Assembly: GCF_009914755.1 (NCBI RefSeq) | Contig: NC_060940.1 | Direction: 5' to 3' (one strand) | Length of the DNA: 64,000 bases | Origin: the human T2T-CHM13v2.0 reference genome, Homo sapiens | Shown here: positions 25,978 to 41,059 of the stretch, in pieces | Position numbering within the stretch: the first letter of the stretch is position 1 | Layout: every line of letters starts with the position of its first letter | Program-made: the position numbers and the translations under genes | The notes under the pieces: generated by a model | Told to the model about the DNA's origin: nothing | What the model saw: only the letters and a program-made list of their open reading frames with translations | The model's database searches: none

Positions 25978-28064
25978 CACATTTGCCCATGATAACTGAC
26001 ATTATCTGTTATCATTAACATGATAACTAATAACATCAAGCTGAAATCTTAGCTGGAATTATAAACGAGAAAACAATTTAGTTATCACCTAATCAACATA
26101 GTTTGACTGGCTGAAGGAATTTCTAAATAATTCAACCATGCAAAGAAAACCAAAGAGGTAACTAGCAGCTTTACCTTTGTAATCTATGATCGTGATTTGT
26201 ATAATTCAGAATTGTTTTCATTGTGCTGTCCCCACCAGGGTCTTCTGGTTTGAAAATTTAGTGTTCTACGTGCCTGAACATATTCTTGGAATCATCAGGT
26301 TTAGCTCCCTCAAGGGCCATGAATTTACAAAGGAAAGGGCTTTTCATAAGTTCCTGCCATGCAGGACTCTACTGAAGTAGAAACCCAGCCCCATTAGCAA
26401 GTATTAATGTGCCCTTGAATTCCATGATGCCAATCTACATGCCATTTTTCTGGATGCCTAAGTGCCAAGCCCTGATGGTGTTATCTGTAAGGGATCAGGG
26501 TCCATAGCTGGGGAAAATATGGCAAATTTTCTTTGCCATTGAACTTAAGTTTTGTCTTCTTGGTGTTGTGCAGTAACTACCTGCCTTGGGCATTTTTCTA
26601 AGTGCTTTCCACTACAATATATTGTATATAATGATGTGGCAAATGTTTTCTTTTTCCCTGGCTGAAAAAGAAAAATGGTTTTCATTTCTAGCCCAATAAT
26701 CTAGGACTTCTGCAGCAAGAAAAGCGAATCAAACTTTTTGATCCACCTAGTCAAGCCAAAAAGGACATTAAGACTATGTTACTAAGCAGCCAGAGTGAAG
26801 TCTTATATCAAATCACTGCTTTTTTTTTTTTCTTGTGTGAATGATGCTGTTGATGAGAATTCAGACAATTTAAGGGCATGTTTGATGAAAAATCTGGTTT
26901 TTCTCCTTGGCTTGCCACAGATAAATCAAATGCAAAGTTTGTGAGATGCACAGTGGGTGTCCATTTGTGAGGACAATTTCTCCTTCTGAAGTGAAAGATT
27001 GAGTGCAAGAGGCAATCCAGACTATTGGATGGCTGTGAGAATCAATGAATGAAAAATATTCTTCCCCATTCAATGGGGTAATTTATTCTCATTGATGGGA
27101 CAAGGGGTCAGAGGATGGTTCTGGCTTCCTTAGCTCTCTCACTGGGAGACAGTTCTGATTGGGGCCACTCAAGACAGTGTTTACACCAGCACATAGTCAA
27201 CATCCGTGCCTCGTAGTGTTATTGGAAATAAAACTTAAAGGAAGACAGTAAATAGCTCTACATTTTGGAATTTCTTTATTGTGTAGGGACAAATGCCATC
27301 TTGATGTTATTTAGTTTGATTTGGAATATCACCGTGATTTATGAGTCTGTTAAATAAAGGTCATTTAGTAGGGCCACATCACCTTACCCTTAAGATTTCA
27401 AATATATTTTGGGGAGATTTTCTATATTCTGTACCAGAGTTTGACACATAACAGTTATATATAAATGTTTCTTAAAATTGCCTCTACATTAAAAAATGCA
27501 ATGAAAATTACTGTTTGGCATGTAATAGGTAATCACAGATGATAGTTATCATTAATAAATAAAATATAGCATATGCTGTTAATTATAATAATGTGACTTT
27601 TACCCTAAATTATATCTTTGTTATCTAGTGGGAGAAGCAGAAAAACTATACATATAATTTAACATACTGTGATACAAGCAAGGATGAATACATTTACAAA
27701 GTATTATAGTCATGCGGAGGAGAAAGGAATTTATTTGACGTAGTTGAGGAAGGTCTTGTAAAGGAGGTAGTGGCTGAGTTGGGTTTTGAAAGATAAACAG
27801 GAGTTAGCCAGGTTGGGTGGGATCCGTAGAAAAGGAAGGGCATTTATACCAAGGGAACATCATGTGAACACAAAAGCACACAAACTCAGAATTTGTGTGC
27901 CAATTTATAAGTCAGTCAGTTTTGGAAGAGCATGATATTGTCTTGGTAAATGTTCCATGTGTGCTTAAAAATCATGAGTATTCTGTTTTTATCAAGTAGA
28001 GTGTTCTATAAATGTCACTTCGGTCAAGACGGTTGATTGTTTTGTTAACATCATTTATATTCTT

Positions 28065-28779
<715 letters not shown>

Positions 28780-29991
28780 CCTTACTAATTTTTTATTTGT
28801 TCTATCAATTATTAAAGGAGTTATTAAAATCTCCACATGTCACTCTGGATGTGTCTATTTATTTTTGCAGTTGGATCAGTTTTTGCTTCATGTATTTTGA
28901 AGCTCTATTATTAAGTGTATAAACACTTAGAATTATTGGGTCCTCTTGATAAAATTACCTTGCATGTATGTGTATTTGGTTATATTCTTTGCTCTGAAAT
29001 CTACATTGTCTGATATTAATATAGCCATTGTTTTGCTTGGTGTTAACATGACATGTTTTTGTATCCTCTTACTTTTTAATATTCTTTCACATCCTCTCTG
29101 AGTGAAATATATCGTTATATTTAAAGTTTGCTTATTATAGGCAACATAGAGGTGAGTTCTTACTTATATATCCAATCTGACAATCTCTTCCTTTTAATTT
29201 GGGTATTTAGGCCATTTATATTTAATATGAATATTGATATAATTAGAGATAAATATGTAATGTTTCTATTTGCTTTCTATTTGTTATATTTACTCACTTT
29301 TAATTTTTTATGCCTATTTGGATCAAATATTTTAATAATTCCTTTTTATCTGTTTTGTTTTTTATTAACTACAACTCTTTTATCATTTAAGGGGTTGATT
29401 TTGGGTTTATAGTATACATCTCTAGCTTGTTATCTTCAAGTGTTGTTATACTAACTTGTATATCTATAAGAACTTTTGAAAATTATACTTTAATTTTTCC
29501 TTTCTCAGTCATTGTGCTATTAACGTCATATATTTTGTTTCTATATAAGTTATGTACCTTACAGTACATTGTTATTGACTTTTGTTTAAAGATTTATCTT
29601 TGAAAATATTTGAATAACAGGAAACACTATATTTATCCATCTAGTTACCACTTCTGGTACACTATATTCTTCTGTGTAGATCAATATTTTCAACTGGTAT
29701 CATTCTTCTTCTGTCCAAAGGACTTCCTCTAACATTTCTTATAGTGTGGATCTTTCTCGGCTCTTATATGACTGGAAAAATATGTATTTCACTTTTTAAA
29801 TTAAACTGTATATTTTAGGATGGTTTCAGATTGACAGAAAAATTGGGAAGATAGTACAGACAGTTCCCATATATACTGCATCTAGTTTTCTCTATTATTG
29901 ACACCTTATTCTAGCATTTACGTTCATTTTTGAAAAAATATTTTTGCTGGATGTAGAGTTCTGGATTCATAGTTATTTTTCTAATTCAGGA

Positions 29992-30294
29992 TTTTATTTA
30001 TTTATTTATTTTGAAATAGAGTCTCACTCTTTTGCCCAGGGTGGAGTGTAGTGGCATGATCTAGGCTCACTGCAACCTCTACCTCCTGAGTTCAGGTGAT
30101 TCTCATGCCTCAGCCTCCTGAGTAGCTGAGATTACAGGTGCTTACCACCACATGAAGCTAATTTTTGTGTTTTTAGTAGAGATAGGGTTTTGCCATATTA
30201 GCCAGGCTAGTCTTGAACTCCTGATCTCAGGTCATCTAGCCATCTTGACCTGCCAAAGTGTTGGGATTATAGCCATGAGCCACCACACCTGGCC
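29992..30294 (-). mobile_element. Old Alu (AluS/J) with (TTTA)n tail
   Basis: Full dimer; TSD aattcag(g/t)atttta at 29983-29996 and 30296-30309. Confidence 0.93.
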
Positions 30295-30574
30295 CAATTC
30301 AGTATTTTAAAGACACTGCTATACTCTCTTCTTGCCTGCATAGTTTCTGATGAGGAATCTACTGTAATTATTTTCCTTTTCTCTCTGTAACATGTCGTTT
30401 CTTTTTTCTGGCTGCCTTAAGATTTTCTCCTTATAATTGCTTTTGAGCAATTTGTTTATGATATATCTTGGTATTGTTTTTATCATGTTTCTTGTGGTTG
30501 GGGTTCATTGAGATTTTTTCTTAACTCTGGATCCAAAGCAGTAGAGATTCTTGTATTTGTGATTTTATAGCAAT

Positions 30575-30672
30575 TGAATCTATAATTTGTGCACCAAACC
30601 TCTGTAATATGCAATTTACCTATACAACAAACCTGCACATGTACCCTTAAACCTAAAATAAAGTTTTAAAAA
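30575..30672 (+). mobile_element. L1PB/PA-type extreme 3' end fragment
   Basis: caatttacctatacaacaaacctgcacatgtacccttaaacctaaaataaagtt. Confidence 0.8.
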
Positions 30673-32424
30673 GGAAATTAGTGGAATAATTTGCAAAATT
30701 TAGATATGCTCTGAATTTTTACCTTATCTACTATGTAGATAATAGTATTGAATCACTGTTAACTTTGTAGTGTGGTTATATAAGATGATAACATTAGGAG
30801 AAGCTGAGTGAAGGGTATACAAGAACTCTGCAATATTTGTAATGTTTATTATAAAATAAAAATAAAAATTAAAAACAAAAAATCTGGAATATTTTCAACC
30901 ATTATTTATTTTAATTTTTTTGTACTATCTTCTCTCTTTCCTCTCCTTCAGCAGCACACATTGTACATACATTAAGCCATTTAAAATGGTCCCACAGCTC
31001 TTTGATATTATGTGCTTTTAAAAAATATTTTTTTCTTAGTATGCTTTATTTTTTATACTTCCTATTGCTGCATCCTCAAGTTGACTAATCTCTTCTTCTA
31101 TATTGTCTACATTTCTGTTACTCCCATCCAGTGATTTTTTTACCTCTAGATGTTTGATTTGGGTCTTTTTTCTATGTGTATCTTTTTTTAATATTTGGAA
31201 TACTGTAATAATAACCATTTTAATTGCTTTATGTAGTAATTCTAACGTCTGTTTCAGATCTAGGTCAGTTTTGACTGTTTGATCATTTTCTCCATGGGTA
31301 CTATTTTTCTTCTTTATTGCATGCCTGGTGATTTTTTTTTTTAAATCGGATATTCATATTGTGGATTTTACCTTATTAGGGTTTGGACATCTATGTATTT
31401 CTATAAATATTCTTTGCCTTTGTTTGGGATGAAATTACGTTCCTTGAAAGTAGTTTAATCTTTTTGGGTATTGCTTCAGGAAGTCTGAGTTTTCGCTGGG
31501 GCTAGTTTTCTCCACCACTGAGGCAGCACCTTATTGAGTCCTCTGCCCAGTATCCCATAAATTATAAGCTTTTCATTCTGGCTAGTGGAAACAAACACTA
31601 TTCTTAGCACTGTGAGTTCCCAGTGTCATTTCCTCTAGTCGCTCCCGCGGTTTTTCCCCTGGCCCAGTGGCTTTTGTTATACAAACACGCTGATCAGTGC
31701 TCTGCTGCATACTCAAGAGAGTTTCTACTGACTTCTAGACTTTTCCCTCTATGTAGGTCTTTCCTGTCTGGTACTCTAACTGCAGCCACATTTGTCTTCC
31801 CCAGCTCTCAACTCCATCTTCCCAACTCCGAGAGTTCACTGGGCTCCACCTGTGATTCAGTTTCCCGGCATGAGAATCTGAAAACTTTCTGAAGGCAGTA
31901 GGCTGAGGCAATTGTAAGACTTGCCTAATTTATTTCCCATCTCCCAGGGACTGACGTCCTCAGTTGCTTGATGCCTAACAGTTTGAAAACTGTTGTTTTA
32001 TGTATTTTATCTTGATTTCTAGTTGTTTCAAGAGGGAGATTATATCCAATTTGTGTTTCTGTGTCTTAGCTGGAAGTTGAAATCTAAATCCAATTGTGTG
32101 TTAAACAAAGGAATTTTATAACCTATTTGCTTTCCTGGAAGTTCTCTTTGGTGTAGTGTGGAGGATCCATTTTGCAGAAGGGAGAAAAGAAGGGAAGGGG
32201 AAGGAGAGAGAGAGAGAGAGAGAGAGAGAAGACTAGTGTGAGAAAATACTATTCGAGTTGCACTAGCAATAGTCCAGAAAATACATTTCAGGCCAAGTGC
32301 ATGGAAATGATAGTGGAGCTGGAGAAAAGATGGATTTTAAAGATGCTTAAGAAGTGTACACAATAGGAATTGGTGACTTCGTGGCCAGATAGTTGTTTGT
32401 GGTGGTGGTGGATTTATCAGTCTA

Positions 32425-32920
32425 TGTCCCAGCAGGAAAACAGAAACCATTCTAGATTTTTTAAGTGAGAAGGATTTAATTCAAGATATTGGTTACAGCA
32501 TTTTTGGAAGAGCTGAAACAGCAAAATAGGAAATGAAGATTACACAGAGACTGAGAACATGTACTGCCTCTGGGATGGAACCCATGAGCCAACATTCACT
32601 GCTCTTGTTACTGGAAGCACAAGCTTATGGTGCTAACCAGTGACCTGTGGTGTTGGCACTAATATTAGTGGAGCTGCTGCAAAGATACTGCTGGAAACCG
32701 AGATGTCACTATTTGCAGAGGTGTCACTAGAAGTAGATGGGTTTCTAGCGTCCCTCTATCTTCTAACTTGTTGAGAATGCTGCCTCCTGGCTGAACCTAT
32801 CTGGAACCCAGCTGGCATGGAAATCTGGGTGATGGAATTCACAGGATTTCAGCCCCAGAGAGACAGAGAATACAGAAGGGTGAGTGCTGGCTGGGAGCCC
32901 ACAACACATATTTGGCACAA
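32425..32920. mobile_element. Probable ancient ERVL/Gypsy-like LTR remnant
   Basis: cagcaggaaaacagaaaccattctag...ggatttaat and gaacctatctggaacccagctggca resemble old LTRs; family not assigned. Confidence 0.4.
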
Positions 32921-34364
32921 GAAGTGAGGGAGGAGGAGGAGTCGGGGTGAGCCCATGGCTTCTGATTATGCTGGAGAAGAGGATGCTAGCAGACCGTCTG
33001 TGGTTTGCCAATTGTATCATGGTTCCTTGTTCTATAGTAAGACCAAGGTCATCCCACAACTTGAAAAGACAAACTTGGTATCTGGCCTTGAGACGTGTAT
33101 AATTCCTGATGGGTCAGAATCCCATGTGTACTTTCCTGTCATGACAGTCCCAATTATTGTAATTAAACAACTAATTTGTTGAGACTATAAGCTCCAAGAA
33201 GGCAGGTAGCATATCTGCCAGGATTGCCCCTATATTCTCAGTATCCTGAATGAAATCAAACATATAGTCAGTACTCAATAAATGTGGGTTGGATACATGC
33301 ATGAGTGGATGGTGAATGAATCTTGCTAGGGAGAGTAACACATGTAAAACAACAAACTGCAACCCAACAATAATTCCACAAGAAATTGCAAAATGGTTGG
33401 GTGGTCAGACAGATCTGGAGATGTGGGAATGTGGTGATTTAGGGGGATCCAAGAAGCCCTGTGGAGGACGTGTCTGTTTGGAGCTGGCCTGGAGGAGCAG
33501 CAGAGAGAGGTAAGATCCCTGTCTTTCTCCTTGGCAACCACCATGAAGGAGAGCCTATGAGGAGGGCTCCAGGCCTCTGCATGCAAGGCCATCTGTATTT
33601 TTGTTTCTGCCATCTAGAAAAGGGGGATTTTCTTTCTTCAATGGGGAAACACAGACTTATCCTGGTATGAAAGAGCAGAGGCTTTTGGGTGTACAGAAAG
33701 TCTTAGCCACAGAGACAATTATGGATAGACAATAATAAATATCATAAAAAAACTGATAAGAAATGTTTATTTTTCAAGCACTAAAATGCAAAAGCCCCAC
33801 ACTCCACTGAAGGAAAAAAAAAAGCTTAATTAAAAGCAGAACTTTTCTGAAGGGCAATCAGACCTAGTATCCACATAAAATCACCACACTGGGCACAGGA
33901 GACACCAGCAACCCAAAGGCCAACAATAAATGAACCCCGTAAAACCAGAAATAAAATAAGCTCTCTGTCTGAGGCTTGAGGCATGGGGAGGGCTGGCCCC
34001 TGTGGCTGTATAATTGTCCAGCTCTTACCTCATTTAGGCCAATTAGGAAATGACCTGGAGGTGACCACTTGTGCTTTATATCGAAAACCCAAAGTAGAAA
34101 GGGCTCGCCCAAAAGACGAGGGCTGGAGGTGTGATAAGACTGGAGGCATGGGCACGGAGGAGCATTGTGGTTCTTTCTGTCCTTACTCTCTCAGGAGACG
34201 CACAGTGGATTTTCTGACTCACAAGGTGATGAGACCGCAATTCCAGCACGCATTGGCAGGACCTGATTGGCCAGAGCCATGAACTGGATTTAAGCCTCTG
34301 AGCCCCGGTCTGAGGCAGCACAGGAAGGCAGCAGGGGTGAGGGCGAATGAGCTGAAATCGTGAC

Positions 34365-34510
34365 TCCTCAATGTGTGGTCCTGAAGCAGCAGCTACATCC
34401 TCACCTGATTGCTGGTTAGAAACATTTCGGGCCCCTCCCCGGACCTGCTGGAGCAGAATTGCAGTTTAATAAGATGCCCAGGTAATTCATGATCACACGC
34501 TAGCATGAAA
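34365..34510. mobile_element. MER5A-like hAT element
   Basis: ctcaatgtgtggtcc...gggcccctccccggacctgctggagcagaattgcagtttaataagatgcccaggtaattc. Confidence 0.75.
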
Positions 34511-36806
34511 ACTCTGGCTTATCTGAGGCCTGAAGGGCACGAATGTACTGCACCCAGCCTCCAGAGCCTGGCTCCAGCCACATTCACCACTAAGACTAAG
34601 TGGCGTTACTAAGACTTTCAGAACCTGTAAAATGGAGAATGTCATCCCTGACCTGCCCAACTCTCCGGAGAGAATGTTAAGGAAGGAAAATGAGATGCAT
34701 CCATCAGAAAGTGCCTTCAAAAGGTAGATATGTTAAATGTTTTTTAAAAAAAATGCCAAAGATATTCCTATGGCACACATAAACAAGTTGCTGCAAAAGG
34801 CGACCCAGGGCAGTCTCCCACCTTCCAAAAAGCAAACATCCAAGGCAGATGTAGTCATATAGAGAGATACCCCATGTGGAGCTTACAAATATGGGCTCTG
34901 AGTCAGACTTCTCTCTGGGATTTATCATCTGCAAAGTGGCAATATTATAGGATGTTATGTGAGTTAAGACATAAAGCACTGAAAATGCCACTTAGTCCAG
35001 ACCAAATGATAACCATTATTATTATCTCATAGTAGTGTGTTAGGGGTTAAGTGATTTATGTACCTAAAGGAACAACAGCACTACTTACATCATGGAGTTG
35101 CAAACAGTGAATGAGATACAGAACCAAAATTTGTGAAGTGCTCCTCTTGCTGCCCAAGAAGGAGTGAAGATTTAATAGCTTTTCCCAGCAGTGATTTTTG
35201 CTGACACTACTGTTATTGCTATTAATATTTGCAGACCATGTGCACAAATCCTCTGCCTTCAGATCTTCCTTGAGTATACACAATCCCTAACTGAAGCTCT
35301 GTAGATTCTCAACAGAATTACTATATAAGAGCAAGTCCCACCTTTGTGCATGTGCACATGCACACATGCGAGCATCATGCACACACACACACACACCATT
35401 TTCAGCTTCCTGGCAGGTAAGTGCCAGGTGGAAAATGGCCTTCATGGGAAGGGATGAGATGACAATGCCAGCAGGTAGAGACTCTGCCCACGAAACCCAG
35501 GAAAGCTAACTTGGAGCAGCAATTCTACAGCAGTTCTACTGCTCCAGGACTGTCAGCCTTCGGGTGGGCAAAGCCACCAATGAGAAGGCACACCTGCTTC
35601 TTCCCAACATGGGCTGCATGTACACCCAAACCTGCTTGCCCTCTGGGGAGACACCTGGCTGAAAACTCCACTTAAAAAAATCCTGAAGGAGAGGGATATA
35701 TTCAAAGACGCCACCTGGGTCTTCTGAATCCCCTGCCTTCCTAAGGGTCTTTTCCTTTCTAAAGCTCTTCCCACGAATAAAAGCTCTGATGTGATCCTGA
35801 CAACCACTCAGAACAAAGGAAGCCAAGCCCACTGTACACACAAGGAGGCACAGACGTAGAGATGAAAGCACCAGCGGGGGTCATGCCACAGGTTGGAGCT
35901 CTGGCTGGCTTAGAACCCAGGTGTTTCCACCCCTCATCTAGGACTGGCTTAGGACAAGGAGCAGTGCACACCCCACGTTAGTGTTTGTACGATTATCTGT
36001 TCAATGACTAGCACCACTGAGTTAAGCTCTGTGTAGGAAGGAATTCTGTTTCCTTCTGTTGATGTTGTCCCCACTGTCTAGCACAATGTGCAATACACAA
36101 TAGGTTCTTAATACATATTGATTGAATACATGTGGGAAAAGTTTTTAAACTGAATCCTATTACCAAGAAGAAAATCTTGACACCACCCTTAGAAGAAAGC
36201 CTAAGAGTGAAGAGGGACTCAGCAGAGCTGCCGGGCTTGTCTTTGTCCAGCTGTGGTCCCTTCAAGCAGACACCTGCTCCTTTGTCCATTGTTCATGTCT
36301 GTGAGATTAAGAGTATTTATATTATTAACTAATATTAATATGTTCTGTAAATAATGGCAGTGACTCTTGACTGAGCACAAAGGCTTGTGCTATAAATAAA
36401 CATACCTTTGGTCTCATTTGGCCCCCATGGCTACCATGAACTAGAGATATTATTCCCATTGTTCAGATGGGGATGCTGAACCCCTAAGAGGTGAAGAGTC
36501 AGAGGTCATAGAGTTAGTAAACGGCAGAGCTCCAGTCTACCTGATTCTAAGTTTGTTTTCTCTCCATTGCATGAGGCTATCTTATTAAAGGGGCTGCCAC
36601 TGCTGGGCTTCCTGTTATCCTCCATCAAAAGGCAAAGGCTTTCCACACCAGCAGATTGCTGTTGGAAGGTGGCCTCCCTCAGACCCAGAGTCCTGATGGA
36701 TATAAATTGCAGGACACTAAGGAGCAACTCCCCCAGTCACCCACCCTCATCCACCCAGCTATCTATCTCTTACATAAACCTTTGATGACACTTCCCAAGT
36801 GACCTC

Positions 36807-36860
<54 letters not shown>
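36807..36860. repeat. (TG)n(AG)n compound microsatellite
   Basis: Read directly. Confidence 0.95.
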
Positions 36861-36861
<1 letters not shown>

Positions 36862-36984
36862 ATGGGCTGTGAATTAGGGTGGAGAAGCAAGAAAAGCAAA
36901 GACAAAGTGATTCTTGCCCCCAAGGACCCTGCAGTCTAGGGGAAAAAAGATAAATATAGTCAACTGTAATAATATTAGGCACAG

Positions 36985-37373
36985 TGATATAGTTTGGCTG
37001 TGCCCCACCCAAAATCTCATCTTGAATTATAATCCCCATAATCCCCACATGTCAAGAGAGGGACCTGGTGGAGGTGATTGAATCATGGGGGCTGTTTCCC
37101 CCATACTGTTCACATGATAGTGAGTGAGTTCTCAAAGAAATCTGAGAAGTTTGATCTGATGGTTTTATAGGGGCTCTTGCCACTTTGCTTATTCACACTT
37201 CTCCTTCCTGTCGCCTTGTAAAGAAGGTGCTTGCTTCCCCTTTGCCTCCTGCCATGATTGTAAGTTTCCTGAGGCCTCCTTGGCCATGCAGAACTGTGAG
37301 TCAAACCTCTTTCCTTTATAAATTACCCAGTTTTGGGCAGTTCTTTATAGCAGTATGAGAATGGACTAATACA
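36985..37373 (+). mobile_element. THE1 (THE1D-like) MaLR solo LTR inserted in an L2
   Basis: TGATATAGTTTGGCTGTGCCCCACCCAAAATCTCATCTTGAATT...GGACTAATACA; 5-bp TSD cacag/tacag. Confidence 0.92.
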
Positions 37374-38239
37374 TACAGTATGATGAGGGCCAAACAGGTT
37401 CTTCCCACCAGAGGAAATACTAATTGATTTTCTCATGGGCTTGAAGGAGAATTCCTGAAGGAGAAGTTGGTATTTGAATTGGACTTTGAAGAACAATTCA
37501 GATATTGGTAGGTGGAGAAGTGTAAAATGATGATAATGATGATGATGACGATGATGATGATAACAATAATATGAAAAGCATTCTAGCCAGAAAGCACAGC
37601 ACAGGCAAAGGTGTGGAGGCGGGAAAGTGAATATCTTGGGTGAATCCCAGTTATGGGTTATGGTTCCCCTGCTGGCCTGCCTCAGTCCATGATATTGTCC
37701 AGCTTTAATTACTCTTTCAGGTGAAGAATGAGAAGGTCCATTTACAGTGCTAGTCTAGAACCAGGCAAGGATGCTATATTCAGACTTATAAATCTTTGGG
37801 CACTTTATAAAGGAGTTTTGAGAAAATGGGGCACTGGAAATGTGCACTTTTAAGGTGGAAGGAAGAGAGTAGAGCAAGAATGACATGTCTGTGGCATGTG
37901 TGATGCCCCTCCCTCTTTCTGAACTCGTAGCAGACATTACTAATCAATAACAGCATTTCCTCAAAATTTTTTCAATCCAGCACTTTCCCACCCACTGACA
38001 ACAGATTAGAGTTTATGAATGAAATGCAATCAATTCGCCATCCTTGGAATAGTGCATAGAGCTTCTAGGTAGAGATCTCCAGCAATCAGATGACTTGAGT
38101 GAGTCCCAGGTTCACTACTTCCTGGCTGTGTCACTTTGGGTTATTTGTCTGGATTCCTCTGAGCTGTTGCTTAGCCATCTGTGGATAGGAAGGGAAGGAA
38201 CTAACATTTTGTGGATGCTGCAACAGAAGCAATGCTACA

Positions 38240-38630
38240 TCCTCACTTAATCTCATTTTCTTCTCTTCCTGGCTATGTAGTAAAGGAACATTCCCCAGGC
38301 AGCTGCTCTGCAGTTAGGTGAAACCAAGTGACTGATTTGGCAAGTGGAATACAGATAGGAGGGGTATATACAACTTCAGGCTTGATCCTAACCACCATGC
38401 TCCTCCACATCCTCTGTCCCTTCATCTGCAAAGGGTTCCATGGAGGACTTCAAGGCCTTAGGGTATGTGAGAATAACTAGATGAAAGCAGCCTGGATCCC
38501 TGAGTCACCACATGGAAACTGCCCACCAAAGTCTCCATTAGAGTCCATTTAAACGAGAAATCCACTTCCATTTGGCTAAGCCACTGTGATTTGGAACCTG
38601 ATTATAGCAGTGACCATTACTCATCCCAAT
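38240..38630 (+). mobile_element. MLT1I/J-type LTR
   Basis: gcagcctggatccctgagtcaccacatgga; ctaagccactgtgatttgg. Confidence 0.7.
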
Positions 38631-40082
38631 TATAAGAGTAAACACATGATTTCATTTAAATGCATTAACAGCCCTCTTAGAAAGGTGTAATTCTGCCCTT
38701 TCTCCACCATTTTGCTATTTAACTAATGACAAAACTGTGGCTCAAAGTTAGATAACTTCACTAGTGTCCCATTTTTGGAAGATAAAGGACATTGAAAGAC
38801 CCCTCCCCCTAAAGGCCCCTAATCTTTATAAAGCATCCAGAATCTTTTGAAAACTCTGTCTACAGTGCAAGAGCTTGAGAAGATTTTGAAGATCTGATGA
38901 ACTCATGGAGTTGAATAGATTTATAAATACTTAAGGAAATGTACAGAGGCTGATTATGACAATGACGATGACAGGACCAGGCAAGACAACTTCACCCTTT
39001 GCAGAAGCATCCTGGCTCTGGCTCTTTCTAAAGCTCAGGCACATGAAGTAGGAGGGGCTGCCCTCTTGTGCTCCTTGGGAGGAGGCATTGGCACCAGGGA
39101 GCATTGGCATCAGGCACTGTTCCCCTGAGGAGCCCCAGGGATTGGAAGGGGGTAGGGTGAGGAGAGGGTGAGGAGAATAATTATAATGGCATAGCAGTAA
39201 ATGAGCATACTTTTAAATATGAGCCTGATTTACAGGTTCCGCCCACTTAATTGTTTCTTTCATAAACTCTGCACATTCCATACATCATAGGAAAACATTA
39301 AAGAAAGATCTCTCATGTGAAATATTAAAGGCAAATGGCCTCTTCAAGGGACAGCCACCCACTGCTTCCCTGTGTGGCCAGGTCTGGGGTTTAGACCGGA
39401 CACAGGCCTTATGTGAAAGAACTGCCCTTCCCCCACTTTGCTGAAGCTGGCCAGCCTGTTCTCCAGTCTAAAGGGACAGGGAGGAGGCCCCTGGCCCTTA
39501 GCTGCAGCCCTTGCTTCTGGCTTTATTGCCATTTTCTAAGATTAATAAACCCTCCAAAACATATAAGGCTTTTGCAGGGGGACAGTGCGTCACTTCCAGC
39601 TTTGCAATTACAAGAAGGGGATCTCACCATAAATCCCCCAAGTTGATCACAGCTTGGAGTAGAGGAAACCTCACTGAGATGTTCAAAGATTTTTAAAGAT
39701 GCTGCTGAAAGAGGCTTTTTGTTTACTTTAAAGAGTAGTAAAACTGTCCCTCACATCTTGATTTTGAGTCTCTGGGTACTGTCGACCATAAGGAAATAGA
39801 CAAGTGGATTTTCTGCTTCAAAATGGAGGATATTATTTAACTCCCTTCCATAATTAATCCACCACCTATTATGTGCCCAGTGTGGTTAGGCATTGTGGAG
39901 AATGTAACAGATTTCCTGCTTTCAAGGTGTTTTAAACTTGAGGGAAAAGATTAAAAATATATGATAGCATTCCACAATCATTCATTCAATTGTTGAAGAC
40001 CTAGTATGTGCCATACTCAATGCTAGGCACAGGACAGATGTAGAAATGGGTAGATGGATTCATAGCTATGGGTAGATAAAAT

Positions 40083-40297
40083 TAGTGGTGTGTTGGTAAG
40101 CTTGTAACAATGGGTTCACAGGGGAAAAAAATCCCTGTTTTGTTATATTTGTTGTGGTGTAAATACTCCCAACATGGCCCATTTCAAGCTACCAAAGTAG
40201 CATCAGTGAACTTGGGAGTTGGAAAGAGATTGCACAATAGACACACCCTTGCTGGCCAATATGAAAGAGCCAGTGCTGGAGCCACAGCAGACCACTG
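40083..40297. mobile_element. MER63-like hAT-Blackjack element
   Basis: TIRs tagtggtgtgttgg / cagcagaccactg; gtaaatactcccaacatggcccatttcaagctacc. Confidence 0.7.
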
Positions 40298-41059
40298 AAT
40301 ATCTAGACACTCAAAATCTAGCGTGTGTGGTATGCATGGTAAATGTCTTGTCATTCAGAGGGGAAGGAGGACAGAGTATCCTATCTCAATTCAGGAAAGG
40401 GCTTCTTGAACAGGAAGAATGTGAGCAGGCATCCTGGAAGAACAAGGTTTGGAAAGAAGGAAGAAAGGGGCTTTTAGGCCAAAGAAGCTAATCAAAGCAA
40501 AACCACAAAGACAGGAATGGGTAAGAAAAGTTGTTTTTCTGGAAGTAGATTGCATTGACAAGCTGAAATATTGTGAAGCCAGAAGGCAGACTATCTTGGA
40601 AATAAGGCCTAGACTCTTTGTGCCATCTTGGGCTAGGAAGGAGATTTCGGTACATACTTGGCCCAAGGGGTCTCCATCCAAGTCAGATCACAGATGCCTG
40701 CACTGATACCACAGATATGCACCCAGTGGCACAATCAGCTTCAGGGCAATTAAAAGGCCCATTGAATAAAAATTACAATAATAGCAAGTGCTTATTGAGA
40801 GCTAACTGTTCCATGTCAGAAATACACCAATCACTTTCCATCTATTAGCTCACTTCGTCTGCACAACCTAATGAGGTGGTTGCTCCATTGAGCCCATTTT
40901 ACAGATCAGGAAACCAAGTCACCACAAGCTTAGATAATTTTCTGTACTCCTTGTTCTGGGATCACACAGCTAGTCATGACAGAAAGAAGATTTGATCCCA
41001 GGCAGTTTGGCTCTGAGCCTACCCTCTTAACCTCTCTGTTATTTCTTTTCCTTTCTTTT

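Noticed and set aside
25651-26039. Five overlapping ORFs of 82-118 aa
   Set aside because: Artefacts of the stop-free GA-rich tract; the same applies to 46331..46690
35700-35885. CTCF-like motifs (ccaggtggcg on the minus strand; ccagcgggggtca)
   Set aside because: Each has two or more mismatches at high-information positions
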